Positions 25,886 through 36,600 of a stretch of DNA of 46,758 nt are shown piece by piece. The notes beneath the pieces were generated by a model. The model had not been told where the DNA came from, searched no databases, and saw only the letters and a program-made list of their open reading frames with translations. The position numbers and the translations under genes are program-made. Source of the stretch: a virus (taxonomy: Duplodnaviria > Caudoviricetes); the IMG/VR virus record IMGVR_UViG_3300020057_000052, positions 1 through 46,758 of that record, one strand, 5' to 3'. The stretch's first letter is position 1, and each line of letters starts with the position of its first letter.

Positions 25886-26143
25886 ATGGACTGGGCCAAC
25901 CTGGCCGGCCTGCTCGGCGACTTCGCCTGGCAGCTCGCCCAGCCATTCATCAAGGGCGGGCTGATGATCGCCGGCTTCGCCGTCGTCATGTGGGCCATTC
26001 GCCTGGTGCTCGTCCAGCCGAAGCCGGAGCGGGACGAGGTTGGCTGGACCGACCAGCAGCGCGCGCTCCTCCTGGCCGTGCCGCTCGTTGTGCTTGGCCT
26101 GTGGCTGTTCTCCATTGGCGCCACGGGCTGGGCTATGCCGTAG
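25886..26143 (+). CDS. Small two-TM membrane protein
   Basis: Two hydrophobic segments. Confidence 0.65.
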   Translation: MDWANLAGLLGDFAWQLAQPFIKGGLMIAGFAVVMWAIRLVLVQPKPERDEVGWTDQQRALLLAVPLVVLGLWLFSIGATGWAMP

Positions 26144-26155
26144 GCCAGCTACGAC

Positions 26156-26653
26156 TCATTCCCTGCAGATGCGCCGGACGGTGACCGTGATATCCAGGAA
26201 TTGGGAGCCGCGCCGTACGCGCAGCACGATGGCCGTTCCTGGGCGATAGCGGTCGGGGCCCAGGTCTAGGTGGTTGATCATCAGGTCTCCTGGCCGCAGC
26301 CCCCCACGCTCGGCTGGCGTGCCGGCGCCGATCAGGCTGACCAGCCCCGCGCCGTTGGTCAGGATGCCGATGCCGTCGTAGTAGTCGCCGGCGCAGGCCA
26401 GCCCGTTCGGGTCGGTGCCATCGTCGCCGGTCAGGCGCCGCGCCTCCCCTTCGGCCTCTTCGGCCACGCCCGCGGACACCGGCGTCGGCGGGTGCCGGGC
26501 CGGCGCGCTGAGGATGGCCAGGGCCAGGCCGATGTGGATGGCCAGACTGACGATGGCTCCGGCAGCTCGAGCCTGGCGTGCGTTGACTGAAGGCACCGGA
26601 CCTGTATACGAAACGCCCGAAGCGCATGCACTTGGGCGATCTATTCGACTCAC
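26156..26653 (-). CDS. Membrane-anchored PDZ-domain protein
   Basis: TM segment, then YDGIGI...V..I.AGTPAERGGLRPGD.......G..I.LRVRRG PDZ signature. Confidence 0.7.
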   Translation of the reverse strand: MSRIDRPSACASGVSYTGPVPSVNARQARAAGAIVSLAIHIGLALAILSAPARHPPTPVSAGVAEEAEGEARRLTGDDGTDPNGLACAGDYYDGIGILTNGAGLVSLIGAGTPAERGGLRPGDLMINHLDLGPDRYRPGTAIVLRVRRGSQFLDITVTVRRICRE

Positions 26654-26671
26654 GGGAAGAATCTATTCAAC

Positions 26672-26932
26672 TCACGGGAGGATGATCATGAGCACGGCGA
26701 AGCCGATGGCGCCGCCGGCGAACGTCGCGGCGGCGTCGAGCGGGTCGACGTCGTGGGCCGGCGGCAGGCCGGCGGCGAGGCGGCGGTGGTTGACCGTCGC
26801 GTCGTAGCCCTCCTTGGCAAGCCCGGCCGCGATGGATGCGGCGACCCCCCAGAACGGGCCGGCGAGGACGCCAACGACGAGCGCGACCAGCAGGCCGGCG
26901 ATGACGTGGTAGGTCTTGTCCAGCGGGATCAT
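26672..26932 (-). CDS. Small membrane protein (DK..H..AG...KE.YD...D..D..AT..GG family)
   Basis: Hydrophobic segments with conserved-looking acidic/His residues. Confidence 0.7.
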   Translation of the reverse strand: MIPLDKTYHVIAGLLVALVVGVLAGPFWGVAASIAAGLAKEGYDATVNHRRLAAGLPPAHDVDPLDAAATFAGGAIGFAVLMIILP

Positions 26933-27483
26933 GGCCGCGTCACCGGCCAGGCGTCGAGCAGTGCTCGGGCATCGGCAGCTCGATCTTCAGCCGCGAGGAC
27001 CAGTTCCTCCTGCTCTCGCAGAGCCTCGCCCAGTACGTCCCCGAGGGCACGCGCACGATCTCGTGCGGCGGCGACGGTATCTTCGGAGGCGGCACGACCA
27101 CCGGTGGCGAAGTTGGCAAGGTCGCGAAGCAGCCCGCCACGCTCAGCGCGCAGACGAGCGATGACAGCCGCATTGCGGTCGATGTCGAGGGTGTGGGCAC
27201 GTTGGGCCTCCTTGAGTTGGTGCTGGAGCTGGGACTCGATCTCGCGGTAGCTCGCGAGCGCCGCGAGCGCGGCGTCCTTGGCCTTGTCGCGCTCGATCGC
27301 GCGGGAGGCCTTCTCGGCCGTGAGCTGGGTGGTGACCTTGGCCACGTCGGCCTTGAGGAATCCGATGCGCACGGCCTGGACCATGTAGGCGGCGGAGGCC
27401 AGGACCACGGCCCCGCCGATCAGCCAGGTGCGCAACGACAGGCCGCGGAAGAACGTCAGGGCGATGCCCAGGATGGCGGTCAT
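26929..27483 (-). CDS. Rz-like inner-membrane spanin
   Basis: N-terminal TM plus coiled coil; contains a nested lipoprotein gene. Confidence 0.8.
   Translation of the reverse strand: MTAILGIALTFFRGLSLRTWLIGGAVVLASAAYMVQAVRIGFLKADVAKVTTQLTAEKASRAIERDKAKDAALAALASYREIESQLQHQLKEAQRAHTLDIDRNAAVIARLRAERGGLLRDLANFATGGRAASEDTVAAARDRARALGDVLGEALREQEELVLAAEDRAADARALLDAWPVTRP
26940..27173 (-). CDS. Rz1-like outer-membrane spanin lipoprotein (nested)
   Basis: MRLSSLVCALSVAG-C lipobox; Pro-rich; +1 frame inside Rz. Confidence 0.75.
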   Translation of the reverse strand: MRLSSLVCALSVAGCFATLPTSPPVVVPPPKIPSPPHEIVRVPSGTYWARLCESRRNWSSRLKIELPMPEHCSTPGR

Positions 27484-27770
27484 GACGACCTAGAGCAGCC
27501 GATGCGGCCGCCCTCCTCCGGGTCGGAGTAGACCCGCCTGCGCGCGTCCTCCGCCGCCGCGTCGCGGAGCTTCTGCATCCAGTTGCCCGAGACCCAGAAG
27601 CAGCCGCCGTCCTCTTCGCACCCTGGTGGTGGCGTGAGGCCGGGCCGCTCGGTGGTGCCGAACGCGGCGATCGGCGCGAGGCTCAGCCACACCGCGGCGA
27701 CCATCAGCGAGAAGAAGATCATCGCCCTCATCCAGGCGCGCGGCGGAGGGGGCGGAGGGGAGTAGCTCAT
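27480..27770 (-). CDS. Exported or membrane protein with Cys pairs
   Basis: Hydrophobic N-terminal segment; CEEDGGC. Confidence 0.6.
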   Translation of the reverse strand: MSYSPPPPPPRAWMRAMIFFSLMVAAVWLSLAPIAAFGTTERPGLTPPPGCEEDGGCFWVSGNWMQKLRDAAAEDARRRVYSDPEEGGRIGCSRSS

Positions 27771-27803
27771 TTTTGACCTTCTTTCATTTCACAATGATGA
27801 TAG

Positions 27804-29072
27804 TCAGACGGCGACGAATGCCGGCTTCTTCAGTTGAGTCTCGTGGCCGACGCCGTAGAGGCGGTCGCGAATCTCGGCGATGCCCAGCGTGCGGCGGCCG
27901 ATCTCGCCGTAGGTGCGCGAGCGCAGGACCACGGTGATCGACTTGCTAGAGCGGTAGCCCGCCTCGTGCGCCCACTTGTCACTGGCGGCCAAGTGGTTCC
28001 AGCTCTCGACGACGATGCCGCCCTCGTCTGCCGCGACCGATCTGTGGTGGACGTGGCCGATGTCGACGTAGTGGAAGTCCGTCTCGCCGAAGTCGCGACG
28101 GAAGTCCGTCGTCATGACGGTGCGCAGCCGCGCTGGCGGGCACTTGTCGCTGTGGTGGATCATGACAAACGTGCGGCCCATGCGGTAGCCGATGAAGACG
28201 CCCTCGTTGTCGAGCACGTTCACGCGCGGGTCGCCCTCGTAGATCGCCTTCAGGAAGATGGCCATCCAGATGTCGTTCGTACGCGAGTGGTTGCCCTGGT
28301 TGATGATGACGTCGAGGGTCTCGCACTTCGTCAGCGCGCGCTCGATGACGAACCGCATGATCCGCGCGTACGCCTTGATCATCTTCGGGAAGCGCGAGTC
28401 GTAGTCCAGCGCGTGGCCCGAGGCCTCGGTCGTCGCGGTGAAGTTCTCGTAGTGGGTGAAGTCGCCCAGGTCGTTGAGGACCGCGCGCTTGCAGAAGGGC
28501 ATCTCGTCGATCAGCTGCGCCATAGCGCCGCAGATTTCCCGCTCGGCGATCTTGACGTCGAAGTTCTCGCCGACCTCGGCCGCGTGGGCCAACATGCCAA
28601 GGTGCGCGTCGCCGATCTGGATGAATGGGATCACGTCCGAGCTGTAGTCGCGCGTCTCGGCGGGCGGCAGCTTCAGCCGCGGCAGGTCCTCGACGTACGC
28701 CGTCATGGCGTCGCGGATCATCTGGTCGTAGGCGGCCTTGCGCATGTTGGCCTTGACCCAGGCGGCCGGCTCGATGACCTTCACGGTGCCGTCCAGCTGG
28801 GTCTCGGTGACCGCCTTGTGGTAGACGCTCACGCCGCTGGCGACGTGGGTCCTTGGCACCGGCCTGCACCAGCCTGGGTGTCCCGGCGCGAACCCCTGGA
28901 GCGAGGCGACGTCGGTCATCCGGTCGACCGACTTGCGAACCTGGGACTCGTCGACGCCGAGGGCCCTGGCGGCGGCCGCGTACGAGCCGCCCGCGTTCAC
29001 CGCATCGACGAACTCGGCCTGGCGGGGGGTGGCGTAATCCTTGAGCCCCTCGGGTAGGTAGCGTACGGTCAT
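27804..29072 (-). CDS. HTH plus calcineurin-like metallophosphoesterase
   Basis: GGSYAAAARALGV HTH; GDAHLG, LGDFTH, GNH, HH.D and GHVHH motifs. Confidence 0.85.
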   Translation of the reverse strand: MTVRYLPEGLKDYATPRQAEFVDAVNAGGSYAAAARALGVDESQVRKSVDRMTDVASLQGFAPGHPGWCRPVPRTHVASGVSVYHKAVTETQLDGTVKVIEPAAWVKANMRKAAYDQMIRDAMTAYVEDLPRLKLPPAETRDYSSDVIPFIQIGDAHLGMLAHAAEVGENFDVKIAEREICGAMAQLIDEMPFCKRAVLNDLGDFTHYENFTATTEASGHALDYDSRFPKMIKAYARIMRFVIERALTKCETLDVIINQGNHSRTNDIWMAIFLKAIYEGDPRVNVLDNEGVFIGYRMGRTFVMIHHSDKCPPARLRTVMTTDFRRDFGETDFHYVDIGHVHHRSVAADEGGIVVESWNHLAASDKWAHEAGYRSSKSITVVLRSRTYGEIGRRTLGIAEIRDRLYGVGHETQLKKPAFVAV

Positions 29073-29260
29073 GTTGAGGCCTCCGGTTGAGAATGCGATT
29101 GTTCGTAGGCGTCGATGAGCAGGCCGACGTTCCCGATCGCGTAGCCGGTCATGGCGATGGCCATGCCGACGCGGCCGCGCGGGAAGTAGAAGGCCCAGCC
29201 CTGGGCGAGGTACAACGCCAGGGGGACGCCGAGAAACAGGATGGGCGCAGCGAAGCTCAC
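29069..29260 (-). CDS. Small two-TM membrane protein
   Basis: GTGA/ATGA coupling; G....GYA.GNVGL motif. Confidence 0.6.
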   Translation of the reverse strand: MSFAAPILFLGVPLALYLAQGWAFYFPRGRVGMAIAMTGYAIGNVGLLIDAYEQSHSQPEAST

Positions 29261-29685
29261 AGGCGGTAGGTCCGCACGGGCGGGCGGCTGCCGTTGTCGT
29301 GCCTGCAGACGATCTGTACCGCGCGCTTCGGGTTGGCGAAGCCGAGCGCCTCGTGGGCGCAGATCGCCGCCGTGCTGCCGGTGCCGATCGCCTCGCGCCC
29401 GTCTGGCACCCTGGTGATCGTGCTGCAGTTCTCGTCGAACATCCACAGGCCGTAGGCGTCGAGTACCAGCGCCGCGCAGTCGGTGAAGTCGAAATCCGGT
29501 GGCGCCTTCATGCCGTCTCGATACCAATCGAGGAAGTACCCGCCCTTCAGCGTCTCGCCAGCCAGGCCAATCAGCGCGCCATGGATGCGATGCACCTTCT
29601 TGACCCGCCACTGGCGGTCGCCGTCGGTCATGTTGGAGTCGGCCACCATCACCCCAAGCCTGGCGTCGGCGAGGATCGTGGTCAC
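29257..29685 (-). CDS. Ntn-hydrolase / proteasome-beta (HslV-like) protein
   Basis: M-TTI N-terminal Thr, VADS, K, GLAG, AIGTGS, AV..C..D..S motifs. Confidence 0.75.
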   Translation of the reverse strand: MTTILADARLGVMVADSNMTDGDRQWRVKKVHRIHGALIGLAGETLKGGYFLDWYRDGMKAPPDFDFTDCAALVLDAYGLWMFDENCSTITRVPDGREAIGTGSTAAICAHEALGFANPKRAVQIVCRHDNGSRPPVRTYRL

Positions 29686-29852
29686 CCGACGAGCCTCTTC
29701 TGTGCGACGTTGCCGGCGATGTAGGCGCCGACGGTGCCGAGGCACAGGGTCACATAGCCAGCGGACTCGAGCGCGCCCAGGTAGAGCAGCGCAGTGGAGG
29801 CGGCCAGCGCGAGCATGGCAAGGATGAACTTGCGGGAGAGGTATCTGTTCAT
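29682..29852 (-). CDS. Small holin-like membrane protein (SRKF...YIAGNV.QK)
   Basis: Two TM segments; coupled to the endolysin. Confidence 0.65.
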   Translation of the reverse strand: MNRYLSRKFILAMLALAASTALLYLGALESAGYVTLCLGTVGAYIAGNVAQKRLVG

Positions 29853-30325
29853 GGGGTCTCGCAGAGGGCGCGCTCGGCGGCGCGGCGTTTTACTAGGCCT
29901 GGCAGGACTCGGCCCTTGGCCATGACCCACTTCGACAGCTCGGCGCACGCGCCCACGAAGTCGCCCAGGTTGGCGAGCTTCGCCAGGGTGCTCTTGCAGA
30001 AGGCGCGCACGCCGACGTTGAAGGCGAAGCTCGTGAAGGCCGCCACCTGGTTCTTGCTGAGCGGGACATCGATGCACTGCAGCACGCCCTCGGCGTGGTC
30101 GACGAGGTCGTTGTCGAGCAAGGCCTTGCACGCCTCGGGCGTATAGAACTTGCCTGGGGTCACGTCAACGCCGGTGTGCCCGGTGCAGGCGGTGAGGATG
30201 CCGACTGGGTCGACGTACGGCTTGCCGAGGATCGTTCCCTCGAACTGAGGCACGATCGCGAACAGGATCGCGGCCGCGGCGACGCCGACGACAGCAACCA
30301 GGCTGCGGCGCGGCTTAGTCGCCAC
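29849..30325 (-). CDS. Endolysin, GH24 lysozyme with SAR-like N-terminus
   Basis: FEG.....PY.D.VG..T.C.GHT catalytic triad; FNVG, LPGLVKRR. Confidence 0.92.
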   Translation of the reverse strand: MATKPRRSLVAVVGVAAAAILFAIVPQFEGTILGKPYVDPVGILTACTGHTGVDVTPGKFYTPEACKALLDNDLVDHAEGVLQCIDVPLSKNQVAAFTSFAFNVGVRAFCKSTLAKLANLGDFVGACAELSKWVMAKGRVLPGLVKRRAAERALCETP

Positions 30326-30542
30326 GAGTCACCTCGCTGGGCTGCTGCCGCTGAGCCTTGAGGCGGTAGAGGGCGGCGGCGGCGCTGATGATGCCGGCCG
30401 CCGCGGCGAAGCGCCAGGAGGCCTGCGCCGGCGCCACGTACTGGACCGCGGCGTCGATCCCCGAGAGCACGGCCGAGAGCGCGATCAGGCGGAAGCTGTA
30501 GGCCTTCGTCACCACCCACTTCCAGTCGTCGACAAGTCTCAT
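30315..30542 (-). CDS. Holin-like membrane protein (MRLVDDWK...S.RL)
   Basis: Two TM segments; directly upstream of the endolysin; GAGAGG RBS. Confidence 0.7.
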   Translation of the reverse strand: MRLVDDWKWVVTKAYSFRLIALSAVLSGIDAAVQYVAPAQASWRFAAAAGIISAAAALYRLKAQRQQPSEVTRGD

Positions 30543-30588
30543 TTTCAGCGGCCTCTCAGGTGTTCTTACAGGTGACAACGCTCTCTCC

Positions 30589-30618
30589 CAGTTTATAGGC
30601 ATCGTGATATTCGGGCAA
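30589..30618 (-). promoter_or_regulatory. Candidate lysis-cassette promoter with operator
   Basis: Minus strand TTGCCC-N17-TAAACT with TATCACGATGCCTATA (30594-30609) across the spacer and -10. Confidence 0.5.
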
Positions 30619-30631
30619 CGCCGACTGCGGC

Positions 30632-33600
30632 CTACTCGTCCTTCTCGTTGCCGTTCACATCCTGCCCGGCGCGCAGCCTCGCCTTCTTCTCGTTGGCCAG
30701 GTCGATCTTCGACTGCGCCTGAGCGTCGGTCACGGCGCCGCGGTTCGACAGCCGGCGGAGTTGCTTCACCTCTCTGTCGATGTCGCGGATCATGGCCTTC
30801 TTCTGGGCGGCTTCGATCTTCGCCGCCATGTCGAGGTCCATCGGGCGCGCCTTGATGCCGATGTTCTGCAGGGCCGCGTAGCCAGGCTGGATTGGCAGGC
30901 CATCCTTGCCCACGCCAGTGTAGTCGCCGGGCCACCAGGTGACTGGCTTGCCAGTCGCCTGCGCCACGGCGTTCATGCTACGGTTGAAGATGTAGTTGTT
31001 GATCGAGATCGCCGGAGCGAACTGGCTCCACAGCCAGGTGCCGCGCTTCTCCGCGGACTCGGCGTGCGTGTCGTTCTTGTCGACAATCTCCTTGCCGAAG
31101 TACGGGTCCTTGTTCCACATCATCGCCGCGAGCGTGTTGAGGAGCGGGTTGCTGGGCGTGAGGTTCTGCAGCCACGGCACGCCGCCGGTGTTGCTCGTCA
31201 CGTCGAGCATGTCGCCGCCAGGGAACATGCGCGCGATGTCCAGGAACACCGGCAGGTTCGTCAGGTCGTCGGTGCCCAAGCGGATCGTCTTCTTGGCACC
31301 GAAGGCGCTGTAGCCCTTCATCCAGGGAGGCAGGTTGGCGCTCTCGGCCTTCTCCTTCGCGCGCGTCTTCTCGCGGAACTCCGCGCTCGAGACGTACTTG
31401 CGGATCGACTCTTCCCAGTCGTCGCCGTCGTCGCCGCCCGCGGCGACCGCGTAGGTCAGCGTCTGGATGGCCAGGACGGCCGTCGCCGGCGCAGCGAAAC
31501 GCCAGGGGTAGTTGAGCGCCGTGTGCGCCAGGACGGGCACCACCTTGTATGTGTAGCTGAAGAACGGCAGGGCGGTGTCGCGCACGACGCGCGCGCCCTT
31601 GGGCAGGTCGTCGTAGGTGAAAATGTACCGCTGAGCGTAGTCGATCGCGTCGTTCGGGTGGAGGCCCTTCATGCGCGCGTCGCGATAGATCAGATAGCGG
31701 AAGAACAGGTCCTCGCCGTCGTACGCGGCGCCGAGCGGGCGCCGCAGGTACAGCGACACCAGGTTCCACGCCTGTTCGACGGCCTTCGCGCCGGTGCTCT
31801 GGGTCATCTGGGCCAGGACCTGCATCTCCTTGGGCAGCATGTTCATCAGCTCTTCTTGGCTGACGGTGCCACTGAACAGGCCGGCGTCCTTGGCCTCGAG
31901 CAACATCGGCGCGCCCTTGAAGAAGTCGAGCGCGGTGCCGAAGTACTTATGCGTGTCCCAGTAGCTGACGCCGGCGAAGTGCGCCATGGTCAGGTTCGAG
32001 ACCACGTTGTTCATGTGGGCCACGGGGTTCAGGGCGGTCTTGCCTTCCTTCCACATGCCCAGGCCCTTGCGGTACAGATTCAGGATCGCCTCGTGCTCGC
32101 TCTCGCCGAACTTGCTGAGGTGCGACAGGACTTCCTCCGGCACGTAGAGGCCGGCGAGCTTGCCGTAGGTCTGGACGTCGGTGCCGTCGATCTGCGTGTC
32201 GGGCACCTTGACGTAGCCCTCGATCTCGTTGCGGCTGGCCATCGTGTCGGCCAGGTGCTCGTACAAGCGGCCGAGCGCGAGGTCCTTCTGCGAGCGCATG
32301 TAGCCCATGACGAAGCGGAACATCGAGTCGCGAATCTCGCCCATCTTCTCCCGCTCGGGGCGGCTGAAGTCGCGGTGGACCTGGACGGTGCGGTCGATGC
32401 CGGGCCTGAACCTCGGGTCGTCGAGCACCCAGCCCTGCGCCTCGTAGCTCTTCAGGTCCTGGGCGTCGATGACTTCGGTCATGCCTCGGCGCCGGAGGCT
32501 CTTGCCGCCGATGCCCGTGAGCGCGCCGGCCGGTTTCATCATGCGCGAGATAGCCTTGTCCCAGCTGTTCTTCAGATTGTCGCGCAGCTTGCTCTCGTAG
32601 AACCGCGGCAGGTACTTGTCCCTCCACTTGTCGGCGGCCTCCTGGCTCAGCATGCCGACGGCGATCAGCTCGTCGGTCTGCTTGCCCATCAGAGCGGAAA
32701 TCGTCTGGGCGATGGCCAAGACCTTCTTGGTCGGCACGACGCCGGCCTTCAGCTCGCCTTCGATGATGTCGCTGACCATCTCGCGATCGGCGGGCGTCAT
32801 CTTGATCATCTCGCCGGCGACCTTGGCCGCCGCATTGCGGGCGCGATCGACCTCGTTCTTCATCTCACGCACGGCCCGGCGCAGCTCCGGCGACATCGGC
32901 GTGAAACCGATCTTGTCGGTCACCAGCTTGGCGATGGCGGACACGACGCGGTAGGCCTTGGCGCCAGCGCCGAAGCGGAAGCGGCCCAGCTCGTCGCGGC
33001 TGACGATCCAGCCCTCGGTCGCGCGCGTGACTGACTTTGGCTTCGCGGGCGTGATGGTGGCGAGGTTGTTTGGGCCTTGGGGGTTGGCGGCGAACATGGG
33101 CACTCCGCCCTCGGCCTGCTCGCGCATCTTGGGGGTGATGTCGAAGCCGGGTTGCTGGGTGAATTTTCCGCCTCTTGCGTTGCTGACCTGCTCGTCCGCC
33201 CACGACTGGGCCTGCTCACGAGTGTCGACGGTCTTTGCAACGCGATTCTCGCCGGAGCCAACGCCGACCCTGAACCGGCCGTCCGAAGTCTCATTGATCT
33301 TCACCAGCAAGTCATCCGGCGTGGTGGACAAGTCCTGCTCCGTGTTGATCCCTACCTCCGCCATCACCCCGCCGCCCAGCTTTTTCACCACGTCCTTCGC
33401 CACGTTCGGCACGATCTTGTCGTAGAAGGCCTTCATGCCTGCGCCGCCGACTTTGAGGTCGATGCCGGACAGCGTGTGGTTCTTGCCATTCCGGCCTAGT
33501 GTGGTGCTGGTCGGTCGATTCAGCAGGCGATCCGCCGCTTCTTTTCCAATGATGTCGGGCAGGGCCGTGGCGGCAACGCCCTTCTGCATCGACAGTTCGA

Positions 33601-36600
33601 GGCCGCCTTGAAACACTTGCAGGTCGCCGCCTTCCTTGCCGTCCGGGAACCACACAAGCTCATCGACCTGCTTGCTCAGGTCATACCGCTCCGCGCTCTG
33701 CTCGCCGGTCACGAACGCCACCCGGTCGTAGCCCTCGTCGACGGCCATCTTGATGACGCGCTTGATGGCAAGGGCTACCCAGGCGTCGGTCTTGCCGACG
33801 AAGGGGGCGGAGGGGGTGCCGCCGGTAAACCCGTCGCGCGTGGTGGCTGAGACGATGGCGGCCTCTCGCGTCTCCTTGTAGATGCCAACCTGGGTGTTGC
33901 TGCTGTCGATGACGTACCAACTGCCGCCGGGTCCGGTCTGTTTTACGATCCAACCTTCGGGCAGTTTGCCGCTGGAGACGAAGCCCTTCTTCTTTCCCTC
34001 CTGCGCCCAGTCGCTCTGAATCTCCTCGATGAACAGCACCCGCTTGCCGTCGGCGTCGGTGCGGTCGTTCATGCGGATGTGGGCGAGGACGTTGGGCTGG
34101 TCCCAGTGGGTGCTGCGGTAATTTCCCTGGTTTTCAACTCGGTTGCGAGCATCATCACCGGCCTTGTATTTGGCATCTGCTTCGTCGGCTGCGCGGATGT
34201 AGCCGCGATCCTCTCCGCCAACCGTAATGCGCCACTTGCCATCAGTTGGGTCGCCAGGAACCCAGTCTCCAACCCGCGTGACTAAGACGGCTGGATATTC
34301 GTACGCCTTCACCGGCAGCGTCAGCAGCACCTCGCGGTAGTTCGTGCCGCCGGGCAGGGTGAATTGGCTGAACTTGGGCCTCTCGGCGGTGCTGCCAGTC
34401 TCTTCGTCACTGCCCTCCCACGCGCGCCCGATGCTATCCGCGAGGCCATAGTCTCCATCCGCCTCGGCGCGGTCGATCGCTTGCTGCCACTCGTTGCGTT
34501 GGTGGTTGAACTCTGGGCTGCGCAGCGTCGTCTCCGTCACCCGCACGCCGTTCGCATCGAGGAAGGTCTGCACCTCCTCTTTGCTCACCTTGCCCGGCTG
34601 CATGTCGAGCCACTCGTTGATGCCGGACCATGTGATCTCGTCCTGCTTCACGCCCTTGGTCGTCAGGCCGCGGATATACGCCACCCACTGCTCGGGCATT
34701 GCCTTCCCGGGCCCGCCGGCGATGGCGCGGCTGAGGCCGCTGTAGAAGCCGATCGCCGAGACGTCCGCGGGGTTCTCCGCGTAGAAGAGGTCGTCGGTGG
34801 CCGGATTGCTGCCGATGGCGGAGCGGATTTGGTCTGGGTCTGCCGTGATGAACATGATGCCCGCGGCGTCATCACCCCTTAGGATGATGCCGTCGTGGCC
34901 GCCCGAATCCATCCTATCTCGTTCTCTGTCGCCGTTGGCATCCCAATAGACGGCGGCGCTACCCTTGACGTCAACCACCAGCGGGTTTGCGATCTTCAGA
35001 TACGCCGGCCGCACATTCGCACCAAGCAGGCCGTCGCGTGTGGCGTAGCCTGATGCCTCTCGGGGGTTGCGCGTGAAGAACTGGAGGCCGTTGTCGACCG
35101 CGGCATTCCCGAACGCCTGCGCGTCGGGGTCGAATTCATCGAAGCTCTCACTCGTCCCGTGATAGACGACCAGCGGCGCGCCGTGCGCAGAGACGATCTT
35201 GCTGTCGCCGAACCACTTCTTGAACGAGCGCGCCGCCATCTCTTCATTCAGCCGCCCCTGCGGCGTCTCCGCCTCGTTGGCGGCGTAGAAGATGCCGTCT
35301 AGGGAATCTCCATGTTCCTCGACGATACGGCCAAGCTCATCCAGTAGGCCGGGCCCGTCTTCTTGGCTCGACTCTGCCAGTGCGGACCGGAGTACCGCGA
35401 CGCGATAAGCCGTGACAGGACGAGCAGCCTCTCCCACCGGTCCACCAGCTCGAGCTGGTGAAAGTCCAGGTGCCGCAGCGCTCGTACGCGCGCCTCCGCC
35501 GCCGGCGTCAGCGGCAGCTCCGCGGGCGGGTACTCCCGCGGCAGCATCTGATGGTCCAGGAACTCGAACGCCTCGTGCGTCAGTGAAGGAGCCGTCCTCG
35601 GCATTGAATTGAAGTTCATGCTTCGGATTGTACTTCACGTTTGTGATAACTTGCGCCAACGAATTCACGTTCGCGTCGTCGTCACCGTACGTCCACTTGA
35701 GTCCATTGACCTTGGGCGTGCCGTCGATCTGGAAGGGGTGCGGGGCCAAGTGCCTCGTCGTGCCGAACTTCAGCGCGCTGGAGATCATCTGGTGCGGGCG
35801 GCGTTCGATGGCGAGGTCCGAGATGTCGCTGGGGTCGCCAATAAAAATTCTGTTGGTGTTGTGCGCAAGCGTCGCTGCGATGTTGTAAATGTGCGCGCCC
35901 ATGCCAGAGCCCGCGCTCATGCGCGAGACGTCGATGTAGACCTCCTCGGTGCGGCGGTTCACGGCGTCGATGTTCTGGCCAGGCCGGCGGGTGTTGAGCC
36001 GCAGCGGGCCGCCGGGGCGGCCGCCCTTCTCGACCGAGTAGAAGCTCCTCTTGCCGTGCGGCGCCGCATCGCGGATGGTGATGAATGCGCTGCGGTCGTC
36101 CGGCGTGGTGAGCAGCCAGATGCGCTCGCCCTTGAGGTTCGCGTCGGCTGCGAAGCGCTTCATCTGGATGCCGACGCCCTCGTCTTCGACGATCTGGCGA
36201 AGGTTCTTGGCGTCAGACTTCGGCAGCTTGAACAGGTTGGCGTGCTCCGGCGAGGCGATCTCGCGCAGGGCGGCGATGGCCTCCGGGCCCTTGGCCGGAA
36301 CTTCCTCGACCTGGCTGCTGATGCGGTACATCGGCTCGGCCACGTCGCTGAAGTCGCTGATGTCCTTGCGCTTCGGGCGGTACTCTTCCCTCGGCGCCAG
36401 TGAGAGCATGCTGGTGTCGATCGTCGGGAACGGGTTGTCGGAGAACTCCACCTCGGCGGAGACCCACTCGGGCAGCAGGCCAACCTTCTGGTCGGCGTAG
36501 ATCGTGTCGGCGCCGCTGGCCGTCTTGTTGTGCGCGGCCTTCGGGCCGAAGTTCACCCAGCTGTTCTGCCCGCGGGTCTCGGTCGTCATCGCGCGGCGCG

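Noticed and set aside
30761-33034. Long + strand ORFs antisense to real genes (e.g. 30761..33034, 27834..29057, 43030..44433, 4927..6156)
   Set aside because: In-register antisense shadows expected in GC3-rich genes; no RBS or motifs
30978-33953. Same-strand +2-frame ORFs inside the giant gene (30978..31769, 31947..32627 and others)
   Set aside because: R/P/G-rich shadows; this frame stays open because third-position T is rare; they overlap folded domains, not linkers, and lack SD sites
32920-34272. Other +1-frame ORFs in the giant gene (32920..33294, 34069..34272)
   Set aside because: S/R/P/T-rich or low-GC3 composition and no convincing Shine-Dalgarno site, unlike nested genes A-D
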